Shown piece by piece: positions 1 to 9,635 of a stretch of DNA of 64,000 nucleotides. Every line of letters starts with the position of its first letter. The first letter of the stretch is position 1. The notes below the pieces were generated by a model. It was given only the letters and a program-made list of their open reading frames with translations, had not been told where the DNA came from and did not search any database. The stretch spans positions 7,409 through 71,408 of the forward strand of contig JAHBUY010000003.1 of the NCBI GenBank assembly GCA_019637795.1, given 5' to 3'. A program made the translations under genes and the position numbers. This DNA comes from a bacterium. GTDB taxonomy: Bacteria > Desulfobacterota > Binatia > HRBIN30 > CADEER01.

Positions 1-2427
1 GTCCGTCGCGGCGAGCAACGCCGGCGGAAGAACATCACCATCGCGGATGCCGCGGATGCGGAGGCGATCGTCCTCGGCGCGTTGATCGGCAGCCGATGCG
101 TGCCACGTCACTCGCACCTTCCCATGATGCGCGCAGACGAGATACGCGACGAGGTCGAATTCGTCTTCGCTCAGGTCGAGGATCTCCAATTCGAGCTTCG
201 AGGGCGACGCTTCGCCAGTCGCTGCCGGGGCTGGCGCCTGGCCGATCGCCTCGAGCAGCTCACGCCATCGGCCGAGTAAGGCCGGATGATCCTGACGGTG
301 GCGCCCGAGCACGGCGAACATGCCCAGCGTGCTCGCCAACTCGTGGCGAAAGCCCGCCCGCCGCTGCCCCCCCCCGCTGGGGTAGAGCTGGTGGCGCGGC
401 AGCCAGGCACCATTGGGGGCCTTCGCCAGATCGCGTCGCGCGGGACGTCCTGCGCCGACAATGGAGCCCTGGAAGGCTTCGTGTCGCTTGCCGAGATCGT
501 GCCATCGACCAGCGAGGTCCAGGAGGTGCTCCCGGCCGGGCAGCAGCGTTCGGCCGAACTCCGCCGCCAGGCGCCCAACCTGCTGCCCGTGCACGGCGAT
601 GGTCTGCCACGGATAGGCGCTCAGCGCCTCGTCGTCCTCGCTGGAATCCGCCAGCTCTTCGGGCGAGAGAGCCGGCGGCGCCACCGGCTCGACTGTTGCG
701 CGGCTGCGCGGTGACCATCCCATGGTCGCGGAATACCCGCCGACGTCGGCTGCCACGAGAACGGTCTGCCCTGGGTACAGGTCACGCCGCACCGCCGGGC
801 GCCAGATGCCATCCAGCCAGCTCCAGACCCACGCGCGCACACCGGGAAGGAGACGCGGCGCGCGCTGCTTGCCAGCCTCTTTGCCACACAACCAGTCCCG
901 CGCCCGCAGAAACGGCACGGCACAGAGCGCGGCGCGCGCGGGGCGCAGCGTCGGTTCGGGCGTCGCGCCAGCGGGGACCCGCTCCCAGAACACCTGGAGG
1001 TCGCGCTCCTCCCCGCTGCGAATGAAGCGGCTGATGTCGACATCGGCGCCAGAGAGATCTGGGGTGGTATCGAAGAGGTCGTCCACCTCATGCCGCAACA
1101 GCAGGTGCTTCGGCGCGTAAGGATACAGCCGGGGCAGCAGATCTCGATGCGCATCCTCGAAACGCTCGAGTGCAGCGGGTGACACGTCGGCCAGATGACG
1201 CAAGGCCTCGCGGGCGGAGTCGATCTCGCTCTTTGCGTAGGGCGCGGCCGTCCTTTCGTCAGCGGGTTGCGGGTCGATGATCACGACGTCGGCAGCCCCC
1301 CCCCATCGAGCCGCCCGGCCGAATCGCTGCACCAGGCTCGTCCATGGAGCGAGTGCCGTCACCAGGACCGTGGCGGAGATGTCGACGCCGGCCTCGATGA
1401 CCTGAGTGGCGACGATGATGCGGTCCGTTCCGCGCCCGCAGAAGGCCCGGTCGAGGAACTCACGCCGCCAGGCCTCGCGCTCGTGCGGGCGGAAGCGGCT
1501 GTGGATCAGCCGGATGTCCGTGCCCTGCAGCCGGCGGTCGCGTTGGATCGCCTCGAAGGTCTCGCACGCGTCGTCGACCCGGTTCAGCACCACGAGTGTC
1601 GGCCCGTCCTTGCCCTTGCCGCGCTCGAGATGCGCCGCGATCACCGTGTCGGCGACCGACTTCGCGCCATCGGCCTCGACGACGCGCACCGGCTTTTCGA
1701 CGTCCTCCCACAGGTGGCCGTGGCGAGCAGGTGCGGCGATGTTCGTCAGGGAGATGGTTTCGCTGAAGCCTCGCGTCTCGGGACTCGCTGCAAGCCATTC
1801 GCGCTGAAGCGTGGCGCTCATCCACCATGTGGCGCACGGGCGAAACGCCTTGCGGCCCTCCTCGCGGCGGAAGGCGTGGAGCTGTCCCGAGGTGGCGAGG
1901 CCGACGTCCATGAGCTGCACCTCGTCCATCACCCACAGCGCGTCGTGGTTGAGGAGCCCGAACTCCATCGGCCAGCGCGCCCGCGGACTCCCGTAACCGC
2001 GATTGAGGGCGCGCGAGAGCAACATGTCCTGCGTGCCGATCAGTACCGCGCAGTCTTCCGGGTGGAGATGCCACTCGCCCGCATCGGCACCGCCCATGAG
2101 AACGTACACGCCAACGCCGTGGTGCGGCGCAGCGCCCTCCCGGAGAAGGGCGAGCCGGCGGAGACTCGCGCGCACTTCGTCGGCGGTCTGCTCGACCAAC
2201 ACCCGCATCGGCAGGCACCACACGAGTCGGCGCGGCCACCCGTCATCGTCGCGTTCTACGCGGTGCCACAGCCAGGCCGACAACACCCCAGCAGTCTTGC
2301 CGAAGCCAGTCGGGATGCGGATCAGACGCTCCGATGACAGCGGCTCACCGGCCAACTCCTCCTGCCACGGGTAGGAGCCCGCCTCGATCCCGGTTACGCG
2401 TGCGAAATAGCGCCGAAAGTCACTCAC
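1..2427 (-). CDS. cas3: Cas3 helicase-nuclease with C-terminal HD domain (3' end runs off the left edge). Start is approximate: GTG near 2427 or TTG near 2492.
   Basis: My minus-strand translation gives Walker A IPTGFGKT (around 2290), a DEAH-like DEVQ motif, and helicase motif VI QRFGRAARWG (around 1290). An HD motif WHDLGKRHEAFQ sits near the 3' end (around 500). Helicase before HD is the type I-G/I-U arrangement. Confidence 0.85.
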   Translation of the reverse strand, partial: MSDFRRYFARVTGIEAGSYPWQEELAGEPLSSERLIRIPTGFGKTAGVLSAWLWHRVERDDDGWPRRLVWCLPMRVLVEQTADEVRASLRRLALLREGAAPHHGVGVYVLMGGADAGEWHLHPEDCAVLIGTQDMLLSRALNRGYGSPRARWPMEFGLLNHDALWVMDEVQLMDVGLATSGQLHAFRREEGRKAFRPCATWWMSATLQREWLAASPETRGFSETISLTNIAAPARHGHLWEDVEKPVRVVEADGAKSVADTVIAAHLERGKGKDGPTLVVLNRVDDACETFEAIQRDRRLQGTDIRLIHSRFRPHEREAWRREFLDRAFCGRGTDRIIVATQVIEAGVDISATVLVTALAPWTSLVQRFGRAARWGGAADVVIIDPQPADERTAAPYAKSEIDSAREALRHLADVSPAALERFEDAHRDLLPRLYPYAPKHLLLRHEVDDLFDTTPDLSGADVDISRFIRSGEERDLQVFWERVPAGATPEPTLRPARAALCAVPFLRARDWLCGKEAGKQRAPRLLPGVRAWVWSWLDGIWRPAVRRDLYPGQTVLVAADVGGYSATMGWSPRSRATVEPVAPPALSPEELADSSEDDEALSAYPWQTIAVHGQQVGRLAAEFGRTLLPGREHLLDLAGRWHDLGKRHEAFQGSIVGAGRPARRDLAKAPNGAWLPRHQLYPSGGGQRRAGFRHELASTLGMFAVLGRHRQDHPALLGRWRELLEAIGQAPAPAATGEASPSKLELEILDLSEDEFDLVAYLVCAHHGKVRVTWHASAADQRAEDDRLRIRGIRDGDVLPPALLAATD

Positions 2428-2758
2428 CGGACAGTATCCCAGACCTTTCGAGGTCCACCCACGCCAGGATCGCCGAACGGTGGGCTGGAGACCCAACCGC
2501 GCCGATCCTTCGCATTCACAGACCTCGGCTGGTTATCGACCTCATCCCGCTTCTGCAAGCTTCTTCGCGCCAGTCATGGTCCGGGCCCGACAGCGGCTGT
2601 CTGCGCGCCGCGAACCATTGAGCCTCGACGCCGGCGAGAGCTGCCCCACACAGCCCCGAGCGGATTCCACTGAGCGCATCTCGCGCTCGATGCCGCGCAG
2701 TATTCGCTCGCGGTGGTGGCGTCAGCGGCGTGGGGCGAATATTTGAGAGTCATCCACG

Positions 2759-2992
2759 ATGATGCCGAAGGAACACCAACGCGTCGTCCTGACCGCCCCT
2801 ATTCCCGCTGAGGGCCTGGAGCCCGGCGACGTCGGCACGGTGGTCCATGTCTACGGGGACGGCGCGGCCTGCGAGGTCGAGTTCGTGACGCTGGGCGGTG
2901 AGACCGCGGCGGTGGTGACGGTGGACCACTCAGAGTTCCGTCCGATCTCCCCCGGCGAGATCACCCACGCGCGCGAGCGCCGCGCCTCCTGA
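2759..2992 (+). CDS. DUF4926-family small protein (77 aa) wedged between cas3 and cas2
   Basis: ORF translation ...GDVGTVVHVYGDGAACEVEFVTLGGETAAVVTVDHSEFRPI matches the DUF4926 pattern from memory. Composition is normal, unlike the surrounding junk ORFs. Confidence 0.55.
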   Translation: MMPKEHQRVVLTAPIPAEGLEPGDVGTVVHVYGDGAACEVEFVTLGGETAAVVTVDHSEFRPISPGEITHARERRAS

Positions 2993-3180
2993 GCGGCAAC
3001 CAGGCCCACGCGCGCCGGCAGGTCTCCCAGCGGCCCTGCCCGAACGCCCAGGCGCGCCGGACGCCAGGCGCCACCACCGCCACGCCCGGTGACGCCCGGC
3101 GCGCGCCCCTCCTGGCTGGGCGCCCGGCGCGACCGGCGGGGATGGCGCTGGACGGGTTCTTGCTCCCCGCCGGTCCCGCC

Positions 3181-3483
3181 ATGCGCAACACGTTTCTCGT
3201 CTGCTACGACATCTGCGACGACAAACGCCTGCGCGCGGTCCACAGGACCATGCGCGATTTCGGCGATCACCTGCAGTACTCGATCTTCGAGTGCCAGTTC
3301 ACCGAGAGCGATCTGCTGCGCTGCCGGCACGCGCTGAGCGAGATCATCGACCACCGCGACGACCAGGTGCTGTTCGTCGACCTCGGCCCGTCGGCGGGGC
3401 GCGGCGAGCGGGTCATCACCGCCGTCGGCCGGGCCTACTCGCCGATCGACAGCCCCTGCCTGGTGATCGACGGACGGGAGTGA
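3181..3483 (+). CDS. cas2: CRISPR-associated endoribonuclease Cas2 (alternative start 3142)
   Basis: MRNTFLVCYDICDDKRLRAVHRTMRDFGDHLQYSIFECQF carries the Cas2 signature (VxYDI ... QYSVFEC). Its stop lies 5 nt before the cas4-cas1 start. Confidence 0.85.
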   Translation: MRNTFLVCYDICDDKRLRAVHRTMRDFGDHLQYSIFECQFTESDLLRCRHALSEIIDHRDDQVLFVDLGPSAGRGERVITAVGRAYSPIDSPCLVIDGRE

Positions 3484-3488
3484 CGCCC

Positions 3489-5321
3489 ATGGCCCCGGAT
3501 CAACCCGCGGCGGCCGCTGCCGATGCGCCGGACCACGCCACGCCGGCATCGCCCGCCTACGTGCCGGCGCGCATGCTCAACGAGGTCGTCTACTGCCCGC
3601 GCCTCTTCTTCTACGAGTGGGTCGAGGGCGTGTTCGTCCACAACGCCGACACCGTCGAGGGCGCCCTCCGCCACGAGAAGCTCGAGCGCAAGGAGGACCC
3701 GCTGCCCACAGCGGCCGAGGCGGAGACCGGCGAGTCGATCCGCGCCCGCTCGGTGGAGCTGGCCAGCGATCGGCTCGGCATCATCGCCCGCATCGACCTG
3801 GTCGAGGGCGAGGGCGGCACGCTCTCCCCCGTCGACTACAAGAAGGGCGCGCCGCGCCAGGGCGACGACGGCAGCCCAGAAGCGTGGCCCGCCGATCGCG
3901 TCCAGGTCGGCGCCCAGGCGCTCATCCTGCGCGACAACGGCTACGCCTGCGACGAGGCGGTCCTCTACTACAGCGCCACCCGGCAGCGGGTCCGCGTCGC
4001 GCTCGACGCCGCCCTGGTCGACGAGATCACCGCCGCCATCGCCACCGCCCGCGCCCTGGCGGCCGGCGGCCGCATCCCGCCACCGCTGGTCGACAGCCCC
4101 AAATGCCCGCGCTGTTCGCTGGTCACCATCTGCCTGCCGGACGAGACCCGCGCCGCGGCGACGCTGCCCGCCGAGCCGGACGACGCCGCGCAGCTCGCGC
4201 TCTTCGCCACCGACGAGCCGCCGCGCGCCGCCGCGGAGGCCGACGGCGACGGGCTCGGCGAGGTGCGCCGCCTGATGCCGGCCCGCGACGACCTGCGCCC
4301 GCTCTACCTCACCGGCCACGGCCTCACCGTCGGCAAGAGCGGCGAGGTGCTGCAGGTACGCGAGTACGGCCGCGCCAAGGGCGCGCCGTCGAAGCTGATC
4401 CAGGAGGTGCGCCTCAACGAGATCTCGCAGATCAACCTGTTCGGCAACGTGCAACTGACGCCCGCCGCCGTTCAAGGTCTGTGCGCCGCCGAGAAGCCGG
4501 TCGCGTACTTCTCGTTCGGCGGCTGGTTCTACGGCCTGACGCAGGGGCTCGGCCTGCGCAACGTGTTCCTGCGCCGCGAGCAGTTTCGCCGCGCCGACGA
4601 TCCGCGCTTCGCCCTGCGGGTGGCGCGCGACCTCGTCGCGAGCAAGATCCGCAACCAGCGCACGCTGCTGCAGCGCAACCACGTCGAGCCGCCGCCGGTC
4701 GCGCTGCTGCGCCTGAAGCGCCTGGCGCAGCAGGCGCAGGCGGCCACCGCGCTCGACGAGCTGCTCGGCATCGAGGGCACGGCGGCGCGCCTCTACTTCG
4801 AGCACTTCGCCGGCATGCTCAAGGTCGAGGACGGCGACGGCGGCGCGCCCGCCTTCGACTTCCGCACCCGCAACCGCCGCCCGCCGCGCGATCCGGTCAA
4901 CGCGCTGCTGTCGTTCGCCTACGCGCTGCTCAGCAAGGATCTGATGATCACCTGCCACGGCATCGGCTTCGACCCGTTCGTCGGCTTCTATCACCAGCCG
5001 CGATACGGCCGCCCCGCCCTCGCCCTCGACCTGATGGAGGGCTTCCGCCCGCTGGTCGCCGACTCCGCCGTGCTGACGGCGATCAACAGCCGCATGGTCG
5101 GCGACACCGACTTCATCCGCGCCGGCGACGCCGTCGCGCTCACCCCCGCCGGCCGCAAGGGCTTCATTCGCGCCTACGAGCAACGCATCGACACCCTGGT
5201 CACCCATCCGCTGTTCGGCTATCGCGTCACCTACCGCCGCGTGTTCGAGATCCAGGCCCGTCTCCTGGCCCGCTTCATCAGCGGCGAGATCCTCCGCTAT
5301 CCCGGATTCGAAACCCGATGA
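3489..5321 (+). CDS. cas4-cas1: Cas4-Cas1 fusion protein (610 aa)
   Basis: The N-terminal half has the Cas4 RecB-like nuclease fold with Cys at YCPRLFFYEW and a C-terminal CPRCSLVTIC cluster. The C-terminal half is Cas1 (LYLTGHGLTVGKSGEVLQV ... NALLSFAYALL ... DLMEGFRPLVAD). It is one uninterrupted ORF. Confidence 0.9.
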   Translation: MAPDQPAAAAADAPDHATPASPAYVPARMLNEVVYCPRLFFYEWVEGVFVHNADTVEGALRHEKLERKEDPLPTAAEAETGESIRARSVELASDRLGIIARIDLVEGEGGTLSPVDYKKGAPRQGDDGSPEAWPADRVQVGAQALILRDNGYACDEAVLYYSATRQRVRVALDAALVDEITAAIATARALAAGGRIPPPLVDSPKCPRCSLVTICLPDETRAAATLPAEPDDAAQLALFATDEPPRAAAEADGDGLGEVRRLMPARDDLRPLYLTGHGLTVGKSGEVLQVREYGRAKGAPSKLIQEVRLNEISQINLFGNVQLTPAAVQGLCAAEKPVAYFSFGGWFYGLTQGLGLRNVFLRREQFRRADDPRFALRVARDLVASKIRNQRTLLQRNHVEPPPVALLRLKRLAQQAQAATALDELLGIEGTAARLYFEHFAGMLKVEDGDGGAPAFDFRTRNRRPPRDPVNALLSFAYALLSKDLMITCHGIGFDPFVGFYHQPRYGRPALALDLMEGFRPLVADSAVLTAINSRMVGDTDFIRAGDAVALTPAGRKGFIRAYEQRIDTLVTHPLFGYRVTYRRVFEIQARLLARFISGEILRYPGFETR

Positions 5322-5537
5322 CCGACTCCCGCGAGCCCGCTCTCGCCAACCCGCCCGACCGCGCGAGCGCCTCGGTGACGGCGATTCCCCGGCCCCCGCT
5401 CGCGCCGAGAATCCGTTGCCCCCACCAACCCTTGCAGCACCGCGCGCCACGGACTACTGCACGTCCCCGCGCGTCGCCCCGAGCCGCTCGCAATCCGCAC
5501 CCGTGGTCTTTGACTTTCGACAACTTGCAGTGGAACT
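5322..5537 (+). promoter_or_regulatory. CRISPR leader (216 bp between cas4-cas1 stop and first repeat)
   Basis: Position only. The degenerate terminal repeat is at the far end of the array, so this end is the leader-proximal side. Confidence 0.5.
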
Positions 5538-7904
5538 CCTTCCGCGGCTGAACAGCCGCGGCCTCATTGAAGCGACGCCGGTCTGCGCCTGGTGGAGGAC
5601 AAGGTCCGCCCTTCCGCGGCTGAACAGCCGCGGCCTCATTGAAGCCTGCGCGGCCGCGAGATGTCGGTCCGCCTGATTCTCCCTTCCGCGGCTGAACAGC
5701 CGCGGCCTCATTGAAGCGTGATCGCGCCATCGACCCCGAGGATCCGCGCCAACGCCCCTTCCGCGGCTGAACAGCCGCGGCCTCATTGAAGCCTGCAGCC
5801 GTCCGTAGTCGAGGGCCTTCGCGTCGCCTTCCGCGGCTGAACAGCCGCGGCCTCATTGAAGCGCGGGCTTGCTCGCAATCCATGGTCCGCTGCGGCACCC
5901 TTCCGCGGCTGAACAGCCGCGGCCTCATTGAAGCGCGAAGAGCCGCCCCGGCGCCTCACTCCACAAGAACTCCTTCCGCGGCTGAACAGCCGCGGCCTCA
6001 TTGAAGCCCGATCTCGTGCGCTTCGGGCGGTATCGCGACACGCCGCCCTTCCGCGGCTGAACAGCCGCGGCCTCATTGAAGCACGCCCGGCGCGGGCGGC
6101 ACGGCCACGCCGAAGCCGCCTTCCGCGGCTGAACAGCCGCGGCCTCATTGAAGCACCGCCGCCTCGTCCGCCGCGCTCATCGCTGCACCTCCGCCTTCCG
6201 CGGCTGAACAGCCGCGGCCTCATTGAAGCGACACCTATCGCTTCGGCGTCACCAACGACACCTGCCTTCCGCGGCTGAACAGCCGCGGCCTCATTGAAGC
6301 ACCTGCTCGGGGCCCAGCTCGCCCAGAAGGCTCCCCACCTTCCGCGGCTGAACAGCCGCGGCCTCATTGAAGCTCGCGGCAACCGACGCGGATGGAGAGC
6401 ACGCCATCGCGCCTTCCGCGGCTGAACAGCCGCGGCCTCATTGAAGCCTCACCTTCGCCGCGCAGGGCATCTACGCGACGCCGACCTTCCGCGGCTGAAC
6501 AGCCGCGGCCTCATTGAAGCCACCCACCACAATCGGCGGTTCAATCCGCTAGAAAGGCCTTCCGCGGCTGAACAGCCGCGGCCTCATTGAAGCCGCCTGC
6601 ACCGCGACATGGGCGCGCGATGGATCGACCTTCCGCGGCTGAACAGCCGCGGCCTCATTGAAGCGAGCCAGCGTTGCGCGTTGGCGAAGCCGCGCAACGC
6701 CTTCCGCGGCTGAACAGCCGCGGCCTCATTGAAGCCTCCTCATAGATCCGCCGCGTCTCGGCCGGCAGCGTCGACCTTCCGCGGCTGAACAGCCGCGGCC
6801 TCATTGAAGCCGCGCACGCAAGCGCCGTCTGCCGCGTATCTCAATTATCCTTCCGCGGCTGAACAGCCGCGGCCTCATTGAAGCCTGCTCGGTGTCGTGA
6901 CGATAGCCGTCGATCGCACCCTTCCGCGGCTGAACAGCCGCGGCCTCATTGAAGCGCGCCGTCGAGGCTGGCGCCGACGAGGCTGGCGCGGACCCTTCCG
7001 CGGCTGAACAGCCGCGGCCTCATTGAAGCCTGGCAAGCTGACACGGACACTTACGAGATCGTCGACCCTTCCGCGGCTGAACAGCCGCGGCCTCATTGAA
7101 GCCAGCCCCCTCATTTCCGCTCCCTGAGTCACGACTCCCACCTTCCGCGGCTGAACAGCCGCGGCCTCATTGAAGCACGGTCACGCGCGGCCCATCCTTC
7201 TTGGCCGTGCCCGGCCTTCCGCGGCTGAACAGCCGCGGCCTCATTGAAGCCGGCCTACCCTGGCGGCCTCGATCTGCCCCACGGCTCCTTCCGCGGCTGA
7301 ACAGCCGCGGCCTCATTGAAGCGCGCGCTCGACCCACGGTACATCTTGGAGTTCACGGGGCCTTCCGCGGCTGAACAGCCGCGGCCTCATTGAAGCCAGA
7401 TTGTCGGTGAGGTGGTGTCGGGTCTCCGCACCCTTCCGCGGCTGAACAGCCGCGGCCTCATTGAAGCCAGCTCGGCGGCTTTCTGCTGCGCCGCGTTCTT
7501 GTCCTTCCGCGGCTGAACAGCCGCGGCCTCATTGAAGCAACAAGATAAACTTTACGTGCCAGTGGAAACTGAGGTACCTTCCGCGGCTGAACAGCCGCGG
7601 CCTCATTGAAGCAGCCTCAGGCGTTCCCACGTCGCGTCGCGCGAGCCACCCTTCCGCGGCTGAACAGCCGCGGCCTCATTGAAGCATCGCCGCCATCCCT
7701 CACCTCCATTCAAAAAGGGGCCGGCCTTCCGCGGCTGAACAGCCGCGGCCTCATTGAAGCGCTGCCACCGCTCTCACCACCGCTGACGAATGCGGCCTTC
7801 CGCGGCTGAACAGCCGCGGCCTCATTGAAGCCACTCGACGCTGGTGCAGGCAGACCTCGACCAGAAGCCCTTCCGCGGCTGAACAGCCGCGGCCTCAATT
7901 AGGT
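5538..7904 (+). CRISPR. CRISPR array: 33 repeats of 36 bp (CCTTCCGCGGCTGAACAGCCGCGGCCTCATTGAAGC) and 32 spacers of 34-39 bp. The last repeat is degenerate (…CCTCAATTAGGT).
   Basis: Repeat starts counted directly at 5538, 5610, 5682, 5757, 5827, 5899, 5972, 6047, 6119, 6194, 6265, 6338, 6412, 6485, 6558, 6629, 6700, 6775, 6849, 6920, 6994, 7067, 7141, 7215, 7287, 7361, 7432, 7503, 7577, 7650, 7725, 7796, 7869. The repeat has an internal 7-bp palindrome GCGGCTG/CAGCCGC and an ATTGAAGC 3' tail. Confidence 0.97.
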
Positions 7905-8121
7905 CAAGCCGGCCGTCTGGGCGCCGCGAGCGGCGCCCAGACGGAGAAGCGCGGTCCGCGTGCTGCGCGTGCGCGGGCCTTCCAGGTGGGACGGACGCGG
8001 TGGCGCGCCGCAGCGTCGGCGCTGCGCGTTCGTTCTCGGCGCCGGGCTTGCCACGCGGCGGCGGCGGGCGGTCGCGCGGGAGCGCGGCCCGCCAGGGCGC
8101 CAACGCCGCGCGGGGCCCGGG

Positions 8122-9000
8122 TCAGATGGCGTCGCTGACGCCGCGCACGAACAGGGGCTCGATGGCGTAGCGCGCCGCGTCGGCGCGCAGCGCGTCGTCG
8201 GCGGGGGCGGGAGCCGGTTGGAAGGCGGCGACGAGGATCGGCCGCAGCAGCGTCGCGTCGCTCGAGCTGTTGAGGAAGAGGCCGGGGCGCGCCAGCACGA
8301 AGCTGACGGCGCGGGCGATCGCGTCGGCATCGCGCAGCGGCTCGTACCAACTGAAGCGATGGCTGGTGTCGTCCTCGCGCCAGCGGCGCCGCGCCACCGA
8401 CTTGATGGTCTGCACCGCGACGCCGCGCTCGCCGCACAGGGCGAGCAGGGCCTCGAGGTCGGCGGCGTAGACGGGATCCTGCAGCAGGCTGAAGTTGTAG
8501 GGCACCAGCACGCTGTCGAAGGGGAAGCGCTCGAGACTGCGGCGGTGCATCGCCGGCGCCCAGGTGCCGTGGCCGGTGACGCCGAGGAAGCGCACCGTCC
8601 CCCGTTCGCGCGCTTCCACCAGGGCCTCGAGCGCGCCGCCGGGGCCCATCGCCGCGCGCCAGTCGTCCTCGTCGACCAGGTTGTGGAGCTGGACGAGGTC
8701 GAGCTGCTCGACCCGCAGCCGCTGCCGCGACCGCTCGATGCTGGCCCGTGCCCCCGCGGCGGTGCGCTCGCCGGTCTTGGTGGCGAGGAAGAAGCGGTCG
8801 CGATGGCGCGCCATCCACGGCCCGATGCGCAGCTCGGCGTCGCCGTAGGAGGCGGCGGTGTCGATGTGGTTGACGCCGAACTCGAGCAGGAGCTCGAGCA
8901 CCTGGTCCGCCCGGTCCTGGCGCATGGCGGCGAGCGCCGCGGCGCCGAACAGCACCCGCGAGCTGTCGTGCCCCGTGCGCCCGAATGGGATGCGCTGCAT
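8122..9000 (-). CDS. aldo/keto reductase family oxidoreductase
   Basis: MQRIPFGRTGHDSSRVLFGAAALAA ... EFGVNHIDTAASYGDAE ... LATKTGERT shows AKR motifs. The ATG position was checked at 9000. Confidence 0.85.
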   Translation of the reverse strand: MQRIPFGRTGHDSSRVLFGAAALAAMRQDRADQVLELLLEFGVNHIDTAASYGDAELRIGPWMARHRDRFFLATKTGERTAAGARASIERSRQRLRVEQLDLVQLHNLVDEDDWRAAMGPGGALEALVEARERGTVRFLGVTGHGTWAPAMHRRSLERFPFDSVLVPYNFSLLQDPVYAADLEALLALCGERGVAVQTIKSVARRRWREDDTSHRFSWYEPLRDADAIARAVSFVLARPGLFLNSSSDATLLRPILVAAFQPAPAPADDALRADAARYAIEPLFVRGVSDAI

Positions 9001-9161
9001 GGCCGTACCACACCACGATCGCGGCGCGTGGTAAAGGTCGAAGCGACGGAGGCAGGGAGGATCCGGACCGATCGGTCGATCGGCGGCGGCGTCGTGCGAC
9101 ATGGACCATGGAAGCCCGAGACCATGCCGACGGCCGACCGCCGTTCGAAAGGAGATGCCGC

Positions 9162-9519
9162 AATGGCCAACTACGTGGATGGATTCGTCCTGCCGGTGCC
9201 GCGCAAGAACATCGCCGCCTACCGCGCCCTGGCGCGACGGGCCGGCAAGGTCTGGCGCGAACACGGCGCGCTCGCCTACGTCGAGTGCGTCGGCGACGAC
9301 GTCAGGCGCGGCAAGCACACCTCGTTCCCGAAGAGCGTGAAGCTGAAGCCCGGCGAGGTGGTGTGGTTTTCGTGGATCGTCTACAAGTCGCGTCGCCATC
9401 GCGATGCCGTGCTCGCCAGAGTGATGAAGGATCCGCGCCTGTGCGGCACGTCTGCGGCGATGCCCTTCGACGGCACGCGGATGATCTACGGCGGCTTCAA
9501 GGTCGCCGTGGAGTTGTAA
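9162..9519 (+). CDS. DUF1428 family protein
   Basis: MANYVDGFVLPVPRKNIAAYRALARRAGKVWREHGALAYVECVGDDV ... is typical of DUF1428 (from memory). Confidence 0.7.
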
Positions 9520-9635
9520 CCCCCGGGCGCGGCCAGTGACCCGTAACCGGTCGCGATCGGTCGGGGCGCGCCGATGCGGCATCGCGCGCCACCCGGCGAG
9601 TCACCTGACACCGCTACCGGACAAGCGCCGCCACG

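Noticed and set aside
96-2374. Plus-strand ORFs 96..1025, 1195..2337, 2003..2374 and minus-strand ORF 1460..2239
   Set aside because: They are Arg/Ala/Pro-rich, low-complexity, and antisense or out of frame to the clearly recognisable cas3 reading frame (Walker A, DEVQ, motif VI, HD). They are GC-driven artefacts.
3435-5551. Long ORFs 3435..5450 (-), 3617..5551 (+) and 3523..4275 (+)
   Set aside because: They overlap cas4-cas1 in other frames and are extremely R/G/A-rich with no motifs. The Cas4-Cas1 frame has the real signatures.
5454-7898. ORFs in the track encoding repeated peptides (…LPRLNSRGLIEA… / …MRPRLFSRGR…), which look like a repeat protein
   Set aside because: They are translations of the 36-bp CRISPR repeat in different frames and strands. 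The periodicity (71-75 bp) with variable spacers is diagnostic of an array, not a gene.
7899-9582. ORFs 7899..9170 (-), 7904..9163 (-) and the N-terminal 194 codons of ORF 8122..9582
   Set aside because: They are low-complexity. The AKR gene starts at the internal Met (9000), where the conserved N-terminal AKR motif begins.
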